Part shown: positions 52,575 through 62,258 of the stretch, one piece after another | How the letters are laid out: every line of letters begins with the position of its first letter | Numbering within the stretch: the first letter of the stretch is position 1 | Translations under genes and position numbers: made by a program | Notes under the pieces: model-generated | The model's database searches: none | What the model was told of the DNA's origin: nothing | Seen by the model: the letters and a program-made list of their open reading frames with translations, nothing else | Assembly (NCBI GenBank): GCA_019247515.1 | Contig: JAFAOS010000340.1 | Coordinates: 315 to 64,314 of the forward strand | From: Chloroflexota bacterium | GTDB taxonomy: Bacteria > Chloroflexota > UBA6077 > CF-72 | DNA length: 64,000 nucleotides | Direction of reading: 5' to 3'

Positions 52575-52637
52575 GTCTAGCACAGTGGGTTGCTGAGGAA
52601 AACCCTCTCTGCTAGACTCAGTTTCTGTGAGCAACCC
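52575..52637. promoter_or_regulatory. Two interleaved 8-bp inverted repeats in the HxlR/MATE divergent intergenic region
   Basis: GTCTAGCA (52575-82) pairs with TGCTAGAC (52610-17). GGGTTGCT (52587-94) pairs with AGCAACCC (52630-37), and this last arm overlaps the MATE GTG start. Confidence 0.35.
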
Positions 52638-54051
52638 ACTGCCGCCGCGCCTCGACGCGCGCACGCTGCTTCTGCTCGAGGCGCCCATTGCTCCCACGCT
52701 GGTCAAGCTTGCGGCGCCCAACATCCTGGTCAATATCGCCCAGTCCTCCATCGGCCTGATCGAGACCTATTTCGTCGGCAGACTCGGCACCGATGCGCTC
52801 GCCGGTGTTGCCCTCGTCTTTCCGGTGGTGATGCTGACGCAGATGATGTCCGCCGGCGCGGTGGGTGGCGGCATCTCGTCCGCGGTCGCTCGAGCGTTGG
52901 GTGGCCAACGTCGTCGTGATGCGGACGATCTGGCACTTCACTCACTGGCGGTCGGCCTCGTGTTCGGCCTCGCCTTTACCGTACTGGCGCTGGCGGCTGG
53001 TCCGTGGCTGTACGGCGCGCTTGGCGGACGCGGAGCATCGCTGGCGGCGGCGGTCACGTACTCGAATGTGATCTTCGCCGGCGCCATCCTGATCTGGGTT
53101 TTCAACTCGCTGGCTAGCGTGATCCGCGGTACCGGCAACATGCATGTGCCGGCGCTGGTCACGTGCGTCGGTGTCGTCGCGGTCGTCCCGCTGTCTCCGT
53201 GCCTGATCTTTGGCCTGGGTCCGTTTCCACAACTTGGCGTAGCCGGTGGCGGAACGGCGCTGCTGGCGTACTACGCGGTGGGGTGCGTCGTGCTGGCGGC
53301 CTACATCAAGTCCGGTCGCATCCCGGTTCGTTTGAGTTTTTCAAACCTCCGCCTGCGCGGGGACTTGTTTGCGGACATTCTGCGTGTGGGCGGCGTGTCA
53401 GCCCTGGTGACGATTGGCACGAATGTCACGGTCGCCAGCGTGACGGGTCTCGTCGGAACCTTCGGTCCGGCGGCAATCGCCGGGTACGGGGTCGGATCGC
53501 GACTGGAGTATGTTCTGGTGCCGCTCGTCTTCGGACTCGGCGCCCCGCTGGTGGCGCTGGTGGGCACCAACGTCGGCGCCGGCCGGCACGCGCGCGCGGT
53601 ACGCGTGGCATGGATCGGCGCGTTTGTGGCCGCGGCCATGTGTGCGTTCATCGGAGCGCTCGCCGCGGTCTATCCGCGAGTGTGGCTGGGCATGTTCGAC
53701 AGCGACGCCGCGATGCTCGCCCCGGGGTCCCAGTACCTGCAGCGCGTGGGTCCGTTCTATGGATTCTTTGGCCTGGGACTGGGACTGTACTTCGCCTTCC
53801 AGGGCTTCGGTCGCCTGCGCTGGGCTGTCGTCGCCAATTTCACGCGACTGACGATCGCCGTCGGTGGCGGCTGGCTGGCGCTCCGCTTGACGGGTGATCT
53901 CAGCTTCGTGTTCGTGGCGCTCAGCATCGGCATGGCGGCGTTCGGGTTGATCAACGCCGCGGCGCTGGCAACGGGCGCCGTGACCGCGGAAAAGCATCCA
54001 CGTCTCGAACCGGTGGGCATTTTCGAGAAGGGAGTGCCGGTTACCCGCTGA
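52627..54051 (+). CDS. MATE family efflux transporter
   Basis: 474 aa, 12 predicted TM helices. LAAPNILVNIAQSSIGLIETYFVGRLGTDALAGVALVFPV is typical of NorM/DinF-type MATE N-termini. Confidence 0.85.
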   Translation: MSNPLPPRLDARTLLLLEAPIAPTLVKLAAPNILVNIAQSSIGLIETYFVGRLGTDALAGVALVFPVVMLTQMMSAGAVGGGISSAVARALGGQRRRDADDLALHSLAVGLVFGLAFTVLALAAGPWLYGALGGRGASLAAAVTYSNVIFAGAILIWVFNSLASVIRGTGNMHVPALVTCVGVVAVVPLSPCLIFGLGPFPQLGVAGGGTALLAYYAVGCVVLAAYIKSGRIPVRLSFSNLRLRGDLFADILRVGGVSALVTIGTNVTVASVTGLVGTFGPAAIAGYGVGSRLEYVLVPLVFGLGAPLVALVGTNVGAGRHARAVRVAWIGAFVAAAMCAFIGALAAVYPRVWLGMFDSDAAMLAPGSQYLQRVGPFYGFFGLGLGLYFAFQGFGRLRWAVVANFTRLTIAVGGGWLALRLTGDLSFVFVALSIGMAAFGLINAAALATGAVTAEKHPRLEPVGIFEKGVPVTR

Positions 54052-55168
54052 CCTGGACGTCTTTGATTGGAGCCGGCGTGTTGAAGATCGGATACGTCAA
54101 CCCCAGCAGCGTGCCGTAGATGCCCCACAGCACTGCTTCGGCACCGGCGGCAGCCAACCAGCGCGACGCTCCCACCGCACCCGAGACGACCACCACGGGG
54201 ACCACCGCCAGCAAGGACATCGCCAGCGGCACGACGGCAAAGACCAGGCCGTGCTGCCAGTCGGGCAAGCTTGCGGCGAAGCGGTCCTCGAAACCGCCAT
54301 ACAGCACGCCCCATGCAATCCCGAGCGCGGTCACCACGACGATCAGCGTCAGGAGGTACAGCAGCTCGGCCGGAAACCGCGACACGAGCGCGATGACCGT
54401 GCCGGACGGGGTCAGCAGTCGCTCGGCGACCGGTCCCGCGAGATAGATGAGTGCATTGACAATGGTCGTGGCGCCGCCGACCGCCAGGACACCAGCCAGC
54501 GCCCCCGCGCGCAGGCGGCGTGCGGGACTGGAGGGTGGCCGCGCTGCTCGCGCAACCACAGCTTTGCGGGCGCGCACCAGCCAGACCAGCAAGATGGCGA
54601 TCGCGGTCACACGTAGCAGCAGCCCGACTGGAACCACAATTTGCTCGAGCGTGTCGATAACCGCGGGGCCGAATAAGAACCCCAATGCGAGTGACGCGCC
54701 GGTGTAGACCAGGGCCGCCACGGTCACTGCCGGCCAGAACTTGCGGAACGGCAAGCCCAGGACGGCGCAGACGGCGACGATCGCCAGACCCAGGCCAGGA
54801 ATGAGCCGCGCGACGAAGATGGCCGGTTGGCCGCGCTCGTTCAGTTCAGCCTCGGCGCGCTGGAGGAGCTGCTCGGTCAAACCAATGAAACGGCCGTAGC
54901 GGAGAAGGTCGGCGGGGCTGATCCAGCGCACGAAGGCAAAGAGCAGGCTGGCCCCGAGGGTGCTTGCCGCCGTCAGCACCAGCCACGCGAGCCAGAGCGA
55001 AACCGTGCCTTCGCTGGCCTGCACGCCGAGCAGAACCATGAACAGTGCGATCGGTACCGGCAACGGCACGCCGGCCGATTTCACGAACTGGATGGCGGCA
55101 ACACTCAGCAGGCCGTGGCTGGCGGTGAAGGTGACCAGCCCCGACCAGACTTCTTCCAGCTCATCCAT
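54041..55168 (-). CDS. DedA/SNARE-associated family membrane protein with an extra C-terminal multi-TM extension
   Basis: IQFVKSAGVPLPVPIALFMVLLG and AIFVARLIPGLGLAIV match the DedA core. About 170 further hydrophobic residues follow. Confidence 0.7.
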   Translation of the reverse strand: MDELEEVWSGLVTFTASHGLLSVAAIQFVKSAGVPLPVPIALFMVLLGVQASEGTVSLWLAWLVLTAASTLGASLLFAFVRWISPADLLRYGRFIGLTEQLLQRAEAELNERGQPAIFVARLIPGLGLAIVAVCAVLGLPFRKFWPAVTVAALVYTGASLALGFLFGPAVIDTLEQIVVPVGLLLRVTAIAILLVWLVRARKAVVARAARPPSSPARRLRAGALAGVLAVGGATTIVNALIYLAGPVAERLLTPSGTVIALVSRFPAELLYLLTLIVVVTALGIAWGVLYGGFEDRFAASLPDWQHGLVFAVVPLAMSLLAVVPVVVVSGAVGASRWLAAAGAEAVLWGIYGTLLGLTYPIFNTPAPIKDVQVSG

Positions 55169-55301
55169 CGGCTATCGCCGCATTGCCGGCTGAGACCAGA
55201 TGATATGGCAGGCGGGCCGGGCGGTGGCAGGCAGCGCCCGGCACGCGGGCTGCGGTTCGCGTTGATATGTCGATGGGCGATACTCGAAGGCACTGGTCCG
55301 G

Positions 55302-56408
55302 ATGAACGATCGCCGGCAAAGACGACGGGCGCTCCTGGTCATCAATAGCAAGTCGGGGCCAAACCGCGACAGTCTGCTTCGCGTCCACGAGCTAGTTGGT
55401 GTGCTCGAGGAGTTCCAGATTCGCGCCGACGTCCGCGTAAAACTTGGGAAAAAGCAGGCCCGCGAACAGACACGCGCCGCCGCCAGATCGGGCAACTATG
55501 ACCTGGTTATCGCCGCCGGCGGGGACGGTACCGTCGAGGCGGTCGCGCGCGGGCTACTCGAGACCGAGGTCCCGCTCGGCATCATTCCGCTCGGGACCTT
55601 CAACAATGTGGCGACCTCGCTGCGTATTCCAACGGATGTTCGGAAGGCATGCAGGTTGATTGCGACTGGCGCGACACATCCAGTCGACGTGGGCCTCGCT
55701 CGCACGGCCGATCATAAGAACGAGCGTCCGTTTCTCGAGATCAGCACGGTCGGCCTTGGGGCGATTGCAGGCAAGATTGGCCAGGACATTCAGAAAGGCC
55801 GTTGGGCGGCCGCGGTGGCGGAGGTGCCAACCGCCGTCGAGATAACGTCGGTTCCGATGCGCGTCCGACTCGATGGCCGCGAAGCGATGTCGGTGCGTTC
55901 TCTGCTGGTGACGGTTTCCATCTCTCCGCGCTCTGGCGCAGGCTTGCAGCTGGCGCCACGCGCGCGGATGGACGACGGCCTCTTCGACATCAACATTTTC
56001 GAAGGCTCGGATACGCAAGCGGTCCTGGGCGACGTGGCGTCGTCCGCGTTTGGGCCCTTGCCGCTGTCCGCGCCTGCGAACGTCCAACAGCTGCGTGCGG
56101 CCGAGCTTGACATCTGGACCGCGGAACCACTGCCGGTGTCGGTTGGACCGAAGCTCATTGGCCAGACGCCTGCCAGCTTTCGCATCGAGCACGGTGCTCT
56201 GAGCGTCATCAGCGACCCGCCAGCAACTTCGACGGATGGTGGCGCCGCGCGTGGCTTCCACACCGCACTGTCGGTATTGGGGAACCAGGTCGTCCCGCAA
56301 CTGGGCATCGGCCAGCGCGTTCCGCTCGTACCCATGTTGGGCGCGCTGGTCTTCGGCTGGATATCACAGCCAGTCGTGGCACAGGCGTTGCGCCGACTGC
56401 GCAGGTAG
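55302..56408 (+). CDS. Diacylglycerol kinase catalytic-domain lipid kinase (YegS/BmrU-like)
   Basis: ALLVINSKSG, DLVIAAGGDGTVEAVARGL, PLGIIPLGTFNNVA. A hydrophobic C-terminal tail. Confidence 0.8.
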   Translation: MNDRRQRRRALLVINSKSGPNRDSLLRVHELVGVLEEFQIRADVRVKLGKKQAREQTRAAARSGNYDLVIAAGGDGTVEAVARGLLETEVPLGIIPLGTFNNVATSLRIPTDVRKACRLIATGATHPVDVGLARTADHKNERPFLEISTVGLGAIAGKIGQDIQKGRWAAAVAEVPTAVEITSVPMRVRLDGREAMSVRSLLVTVSISPRSGAGLQLAPRARMDDGLFDINIFEGSDTQAVLGDVASSAFGPLPLSAPANVQQLRAAELDIWTAEPLPVSVGPKLIGQTPASFRIEHGALSVISDPPATSTDGGAARGFHTALSVLGNQVVPQLGIGQRVPLVPMLGALVFGWISQPVVAQALRRLRR

Positions 56409-56423
56409 CCCGGCCACCGGCGC

Positions 56424-58991
56424 TCACGAATGGCGCAATCGCGGCGTCCGCTCGTCAACTTCGGCGGGCGAGCGCTCCGGCACCTCAGCTGGTCCGACTG
56501 GTCGGCCAAAGCCCTTGAGTCGCTCCGCGTAGTCCCGCAGCCGTTTATCCGCTCGCTCGTTCACCGTGCCAGGTTCCCATTGCCCATCACGCTGTGTGCC
56601 GGCTCTTACCCCGGTCAGAATTTCCATGCCCTCGTCGACGGAGGTCACCGCCCAGATGTGAAAGCGTCCCTGGCGGACCGCGTCCACAACATCCTCGCGC
56701 AGCATCAGATTCTTGATGTTCGACGGTGGGATCAACACTCCCTGTTCGCCTGTCAGCCCACGTACACGGCACACGTCGTAAAAGCCTTCGATCTTGCGGG
56801 TTACGCCGCCGACCGATTGGACCTCACCGCGCTGATTGACCGATCCCGTCACGGCAACTCCCTGGCGCAGCGGAATGCCGCTGAGTGCGGACAGCAGCGC
56901 ATAGACCTCCGTGCTGGATGCGCTATCCCCCTCCACCTCGCCATAAGATTGCTCGAACGTGATGCGTGCCGAGATCGCCAGGGGCTTGTCCTGCGCATAG
57001 CGTGACTGGAGAAAGCTCGTCAGGATGAGAAATCCCTTGCTGTGGATGCGTCCGCTGAGCCGGGTCTCGCGGTCGAGATTCGTGAATCCGTCCGCGCCGA
57101 GCGCTATTTGCGCGGTGATCCGCATCGGGCGACCAAACGTATAATCGCCCAGGTCCAGTACCGACAACCCATTCACCTGGCCCTGACACTCGCCGGTCAC
57201 GTCGATGAGAAGGGTGCCATCCTGGATGAGCTCGCGGATTTTGTCTTCTACCATGTTCGAGCGGTAGGTCTTCTCTTCGATCGCCTGCTCAACGTGCTCG
57301 GCCATGACCAGGGGGCTCTGGGCTTTTGCCGCCCAGAAGCTTGCCTCGGCGACGATATCTCCAATCTGCTGAAACCGGGCGCTCAACTTCGCCTGATGGT
57401 CGTCCAAACGAGCGCCGTATTCCGCGATTTTTGCAACCGCGCTGCGGTGGAAGTGACGCAAGCCTCCGTCTCGGACCTGCCTGGCCACGAACGCGGCGTA
57501 GCGAGCCAGATGTTCATCCGTCCGGGTAATTTCTGTATCGAAATCGGCCCGCACGCGAAACAGCCTGGAGAAGTCCTCGTCCTGGAATTGGAGGAGGTAA
57601 TAGACATTCGGCGGACCGATCAGGACCACCTTTACGTTGAGCGGAATTGGCTCGGGTCGCAGCGTCGCCGCGGGAATGGGAGTGAATTGCTCGCCGATAT
57701 TCTCGATGCGGATGAGGCCCGTTTTCAAGGTCCGCTTGAGCACGTCCCATGCGCCCGGGCTGCTGAGCACGTCGATGGCATTCAGCACCAGGTACCCGCC
57801 GTTCGCGCGGTGCAGCGCACCGGCCTTGATCATCGAGAAATCGGTGACCATGCTGCCGAGCTCGGAGCGATACTCCATGCGACCGAGCAGGTTGTAATAC
57901 GTCGGATTGGTTTCCACGACCACGGGCGCGCCGCGGCTAGCGCCGTTGTCGACGAGCACCGCAACGCGATAACGCTCGAAGATTGCCTCTTCACGCTGTT
58001 GTTGGAGGTGGGCCAGCGGATATGGCATCGGCTGCTGCCCCTCCCGATCAGGCTCCGCGGTCGCCTGCGCAGCCCGGTGGATCTCCTCCGCCCGAGCAAT
58101 CAGGTCCTCCTGCACCTGCCTCAGGTACTCCTGAACGGGCGTCAGCTCGGAGTACTTCGCTTCGAGCTCATGAACCAACGGTTCGATGGTGGACCGCGCC
58201 ACCTGCGCGTCCTGCTCGATCATGCGCAGGTGCGTCTCACGCTCGAGCTGGCGTACCTGCTCACCCATCTCGCGCAGCGCCCTCCCCAGCTCCTCGCCCA
58301 GCCGGCCGATGCGGTCGCGCTCTTGCTCCGGCAGTCGCAGCAGCTCCTCCTGAGACATCGGCCGCCCGTCGCTCAGGGGCACGATCATCGGCCCGGCCGG
58401 TGTCATCGACAGCGCCAGGCCGTGTTGTTGCGCGCGCTCGTTCAACTCGCGGATCAGCCGATCGCGGGTGTCCACCACTGTGCGGTGCGTTTCCTGTTGT
58501 TGCTGCCGATACTCACGACTCTCGAAGACACGCCGCAGATCGCGGCGCACCGCGTCCATCAGCGTGCGCATGTCCTGCGCCAGCGCCGCGGCGCGACCGC
58601 TTGGCAGCCTCAGCGCGCTCGGGCATGCCGCATCCTTGAAGTTGTGGACGTAGCACCAATCTCCAGGCGGCGGCTGGGACTCGGCCAGCCGCCTGACGTA
58701 GGCATCGACCGTACTGCTGCGGCCGCTGCCGCGCGGTCCCGCGACGAACAGGTTGAACCCGTCGCCACGCATTTCCAGGCCGAAGGTAAGCGCCCGAACC
58801 GCGCGATCCTGGCCAATCGTACCGTCCAGGGGTTCGAGCTCTTCGGTAGTCTCGAACGGCAGCTGAGCCGGATCACAGAACCACCTGAGCTGGTCGGGCT
58901 CGAGTGGGCGATGCACCGGCGCCGCGACTGTCTGCCCGCGGGGGCCGAAGCCGTCGGGCCCAGCTTGCGCAGGGGAGGGCTGCTCGGTCAT
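56424..58991 (-). CDS. Lon-like protease of the LonC type (AAA-like module with degenerate Walker motifs and a coiled-coil insertion; Ser-Lys protease domain)
   Basis: ORF 56424-59408 trimmed to the ATG at 58991 (MTEQPSP...). P-loop reads GPRGSGRSS. The Walker B position reads YLVLNAID. A long helical insert (ELLRLPEQERDRIGRLGEELGRALREMGEQVRQLERE...). Protease motifs GDSASS and GGVTRKIEGF. Confidence 0.8.
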   Translation of the reverse strand: MTEQPSPAQAGPDGFGPRGQTVAAPVHRPLEPDQLRWFCDPAQLPFETTEELEPLDGTIGQDRAVRALTFGLEMRGDGFNLFVAGPRGSGRSSTVDAYVRRLAESQPPPGDWCYVHNFKDAACPSALRLPSGRAAALAQDMRTLMDAVRRDLRRVFESREYRQQQQETHRTVVDTRDRLIRELNERAQQHGLALSMTPAGPMIVPLSDGRPMSQEELLRLPEQERDRIGRLGEELGRALREMGEQVRQLERETHLRMIEQDAQVARSTIEPLVHELEAKYSELTPVQEYLRQVQEDLIARAEEIHRAAQATAEPDREGQQPMPYPLAHLQQQREEAIFERYRVAVLVDNGASRGAPVVVETNPTYYNLLGRMEYRSELGSMVTDFSMIKAGALHRANGGYLVLNAIDVLSSPGAWDVLKRTLKTGLIRIENIGEQFTPIPAATLRPEPIPLNVKVVLIGPPNVYYLLQFQDEDFSRLFRVRADFDTEITRTDEHLARYAAFVARQVRDGGLRHFHRSAVAKIAEYGARLDDHQAKLSARFQQIGDIVAEASFWAAKAQSPLVMAEHVEQAIEEKTYRSNMVEDKIRELIQDGTLLIDVTGECQGQVNGLSVLDLGDYTFGRPMRITAQIALGADGFTNLDRETRLSGRIHSKGFLILTSFLQSRYAQDKPLAISARITFEQSYGEVEGDSASSTEVYALLSALSGIPLRQGVAVTGSVNQRGEVQSVGGVTRKIEGFYDVCRVRGLTGEQGVLIPPSNIKNLMLREDVVDAVRQGRFHIWAVTSVDEGMEILTGVRAGTQRDGQWEPGTVNERADKRLRDYAERLKGFGRPVGPAEVPERSPAEVDERTPRLRHS

Positions 58992-59220
58992 CGGCAACCA
59001 CCGCGCGTGGTGTCCGCGCTCAGATCGACGTGCAGAATACGATCGAAGTAGCCGTTGGGCATGGCGTGCTTGCGTCCCTTCGATGTGGCGCCAGTGCAGT
59101 TGGCTCTGACCAGATGAGAACAAAGTTACTACAGACAGCGTAGGCGTCATGCGCCGGCTGCACAATGCCACGAGGGGGGACTTTCCCCAAGTGAGTATCC
59201 TGGTTCTCTGGTAGTGACGG

Positions 59221-60624
59221 ATGTGGACGGCGAATGACGTCGGAGAATCATTGGTTCTGCTGGCGCTCGTTTTTCTTGGAGCGGCGCTGATTCGGAAATG
59301 GTCGAGCCACCTTCGCGCGCTCTTTTTGCCTACGGCCGTAATCGGTGGATTTCTCGCACTCGCGCTCGGTCCAGAGGGTGTTGGTCGCCTGACAGGCTCG
59401 AGCGGCATCTTTCCCGATCAGACGTTCCAGGTCTGGCAGGCGTTGCCGGGCTTGCTTATCAACGTCATGGCCGCTTCTCTCTTGCTGGGCGAGCAACTGC
59501 CAGCGCCCGGCAAGATCTGGAGCGTTGCGGGTCCACACGTCATCATGGCGGGGATCATGTCGGCCGGTCAGTTCGCCGTCGCGGGCGTGATCGTGTTGGT
59601 CTTGCTCGAACCTGCCTTCGGTTTCAGCGACAAAGGCGGCGCGCTCATCGAGCTTTCCTTCGCAGGTGGGCACGGCACACTTGCCGGCTTGGGCCCGGTG
59701 CTTGAAGCGTACGGCGCCGGGGACCTGGTCGAGGTCGGACTTGGCCTGGCGACCATCGGCCTGGTCACCGGTGTTGTAATCGGCACAATCCTCATCAACT
59801 ACGCGATTAGTTCCCCCTCAATTCCGATCGCCCGCCAGAATCCGACCACTCCAGACGAGGACCTGGACATTGATCACCACCTCCCACGTCCTGGCCAGGA
59901 GCCAATGGACGAGTGGCAGGGCATGAGCCAGGTGACGGGAGCGACGGTTGCACTTGGCGTCTCGATCGCCGTCGGAATCGTGCTCCTCGAGTTTCTCCGC
60001 TGGATCTTCGGCCTGCTCGGTTCGGACTTCTTTGAGAAGTTTCCACTCTTTCCATTCACGATCATCGGCGGGGTGATCGTTCAGCTTGTGGCCGTCCGCT
60101 ACGGCTTCGGCTGGGCCGTGAACCGCCGAGCGGTCGAGGGTCTCGGAGGGCTCTCGATCGATGGGATCGTCATCTGCGCGATTGGCACACTTTCGTTGAG
60201 CGCGCTTGGCAGCAACATTGGCCCGTTGGTGATTCTTGCCGCGGCGTCTGTCGCATGGAGCATCGTCCTCGTGTTCGTCATTGGCAGGCGAGTCTTCGAC
60301 CGAGACTGGTTCGAGCATTCGATCGCCGAGTTTGGCGAAGGGCAAGGCAACGTCGCCACGGGGTTCATGATGCTGGACATGGTCGATCCGGCGCGGCAGA
60401 CTGGCGTCGCTCGAGGCTATAGCTACCGGCAACTGTTTACTCGTCCCCTGGTCGGCGGTGGGTTCATCTCGGCGCTTTCCGTCCCGCTGATTGCCGCGTT
60501 GGGGCTGCCGATCTTCACGATCCTGACCGTCGCCATTGGCGTTGGTTTAACGATCTGGGGAGTGCGACGAGCAACGGTGGAACAGGGCGCAATCCAGGGC
60601 GCGTCGGTCAAACCCGGCGGCTAA
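59221..60624 (+). CDS. Sodium/glutamate symporter family (GltS/ESS) transporter
   Basis: LFLPTAVIGGFLALALGPEG, ELSFAGGHGTLAGLG and EGQGNVATGF parallel E. coli GltS motifs as recalled. Confidence 0.65.
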   Translation: MWTANDVGESLVLLALVFLGAALIRKWSSHLRALFLPTAVIGGFLALALGPEGVGRLTGSSGIFPDQTFQVWQALPGLLINVMAASLLLGEQLPAPGKIWSVAGPHVIMAGIMSAGQFAVAGVIVLVLLEPAFGFSDKGGALIELSFAGGHGTLAGLGPVLEAYGAGDLVEVGLGLATIGLVTGVVIGTILINYAISSPSIPIARQNPTTPDEDLDIDHHLPRPGQEPMDEWQGMSQVTGATVALGVSIAVGIVLLEFLRWIFGLLGSDFFEKFPLFPFTIIGGVIVQLVAVRYGFGWAVNRRAVEGLGGLSIDGIVICAIGTLSLSALGSNIGPLVILAAASVAWSIVLVFVIGRRVFDRDWFEHSIAEFGEGQGNVATGFMMLDMVDPARQTGVARGYSYRQLFTRPLVGGGFISALSVPLIAALGLPIFTILTVAIGVGLTIWGVRRATVEQGAIQGASVKPGG

Positions 60625-60649
60625 TGCCACCTGTCGCATACTTTGGGCC

Positions 60650-61096
60650 GTGCCCTACCTGCGGATCACCTGCCCCGAGCTCGAGAGCGGACGCCGACAA
60701 ACCGTCGCTACGCGCTTGACAGAGACCATCGATACCTTGCTGTACGACCCGCGCGGGCGAATCACGCCACAGGAACTGCGCGAGCGGACCACCGTGCACT
60801 TCACGCCGTATGCGCCGGAGGAGTTGTTCATCGGTGGGCAGACACCCGAGGCGCGCAATGCCACCGACATTACTATCGAGCTCTCGGACTGGGGACTGTC
60901 GGCTCGCCAGCGGCGGCGACTGGCGCGGGGCCTGACCCCGGTTGTCGCCGACGTGTTTCGCGTGCCACGCGCAGGTTGGGATGGCATCAACATCCGCTTT
61001 CACTCGTACCGACCGAGTGAGTTCGCGGTGGGTGGTCGCCTGTTATCGGAGCTGGTGCCACCGGTCGGTCAGCTCCTGCGCTGGTTGGTTCGCTAA
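60650..61096 (+). CDS. Tautomerase-superfamily protein (two beta-alpha-beta units)
   Basis: Starts MPYLRI, i.e. Pro-1 after Met removal, the hallmark of 4-OT/MIF-type tautomerases. 148 aa. Confidence 0.55.
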   Translation: MPYLRITCPELESGRRQTVATRLTETIDTLLYDPRGRITPQELRERTTVHFTPYAPEELFIGGQTPEARNATDITIELSDWGLSARQRRRLARGLTPVVADVFRVPRAGWDGINIRFHSYRPSEFAVGGRLLSELVPPVGQLLRWLVR

Positions 61097-61140
61097 GCCA
61101 GGCAAGTGGGTGCGCGAAAGTTTCGCGGTGCGCGTGTCGT

Positions 61141-62256
61141 TCAGCCCAGGTGCAAGCCCAGGAAGGCGAGCATCGTCGGCAAGGTTTCCGCAACGTAGCC
61201 CATGTGTCCGCCGGGCGCGAAGCGCACAAGCTTGGGATCGCCGTGCTCCAGCAGCAGGTGCATGTCCTGGATGGGAAAGACGGTGTCGTCGACACCGTTC
61301 CACAGCAGCAGTGGCGCACAGGGTTGGTCGAGAATGCCAAGGTCGAGCAGCGAGAGTGTCGGGGCAATACGGACCCAGTCGTCGTACGTCGCGCCGCCGA
61401 AAGCCGAGGCAAGTGTCGCGGACAGCTCCATCAGATACTCACCATCCTCGGCCCGGGCGATCCAGTCCGGTTGGAAGGCAAAATGCGCCGGACCACCGTG
61501 GTTGATGGCGCAGCGGATGCGCTCGCGCCGCGTGTGGGCAAGCTTGGTCGCCCAGTAGCCACCCGTGCTCAGACCCAGCACGCCGACGCGCGCCGCGTCC
61601 AGGTCCGATCTGGATTCAATCCAGTCGAACACCGGATCCCACAGCCGTTCGGCATCTGTCGAGCCGGACAGTGGTGCATCGCCGACACCGGGCATGTCGA
61701 TCGCCAGCACCGCCAGACCGGCGGCGAGAAACGGATCGGCGCCGCGCTCGCGCTCCTCCTTGAACGTGTCGATGCCGCCCCAGGTGATCAGCACCGCGGG
61801 GCGCTGGACCTCCGATGGCTTGCGTAGCAGCGCCACGCACATGCGACCTTCGCCGGGCCGACCACCGAACGGGATTTCGACTCGCTCCATGTCGACCTTC
61901 AACCAGCGCACCGCCTGGCGGTGCATCTGCTGCGCGCGACGATACGCGCCGAGTTTGCCCGGCGAGTTGGGCGCCGGGAAACGCGCCATGTGATACAGGT
62001 CGTAGGCAACCAGATACTGACGCGCCGCGGCGGCCGCATCGTTGGCGGCCTCCGCTTCCGCGGCAGCACGTTCGTATGGCTCGGCACCGTCTCTGAACGT
62101 CTCGGCCCAGTGCTCGCGGTCCAGCGACTCCAACCGCGCCAGTACGGGCGCAATCTGGTCCACGGTGAGATACTGGAGCGGGTGACGCGGCACGCGCGCG
62201 CGGATCAGCAGCTCCTGGCGGACGCGCTCCAGCCGCGTCGAGTCCGAGGCCGTCAT
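61141..62256 (-). CDS. Alpha/beta hydrolase (FrsA-like esterase)
   Basis: An N-terminal helical cap, then VLITWGGIDTFKEE, nucleophile elbow GLSTGG and PGGHMG near the C-terminus. Confidence 0.7.
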   Translation of the reverse strand: MTASDSTRLERVRQELLIRARVPRHPLQYLTVDQIAPVLARLESLDREHWAETFRDGAEPYERAAAEAEAANDAAAAARQYLVAYDLYHMARFPAPNSPGKLGAYRRAQQMHRQAVRWLKVDMERVEIPFGGRPGEGRMCVALLRKPSEVQRPAVLITWGGIDTFKEERERGADPFLAAGLAVLAIDMPGVGDAPLSGSTDAERLWDPVFDWIESRSDLDAARVGVLGLSTGGYWATKLAHTRRERIRCAINHGGPAHFAFQPDWIARAEDGEYLMELSATLASAFGGATYDDWVRIAPTLSLLDLGILDQPCAPLLLWNGVDDTVFPIQDMHLLLEHGDPKLVRFAPGGHMGYVAETLPTMLAFLGLHLG

Positions 62257-62258
62257 CG

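Noticed and set aside
56424-58991. Considered calling the Lon-like gene BrxL, i.e. part of a BREX defence system
   Set aside because: No PglZ, PglX methyltransferase, BrxA, BrxB or BrxC-like genes are anywhere in the window. The size and the coiled-coil insertion fit LonC-type proteases better.
57042-59051. 669-aa plus-strand ORF
   Set aside because: It is entirely antisense to the Lon-like protease gene. Composition is low-complexity Arg/Leu/Pro-rich and no family signature is present.
59176-59188. GGGGACTTTCCCC small hairpin upstream of gltS, which looks like a eukaryotic NF-kB site
   Set aside because: It is a 5-bp stem with a 3-nt loop. There is no T-tract, no conservation evidence and no bacterial meaning that I can attach. 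Curiosity only.
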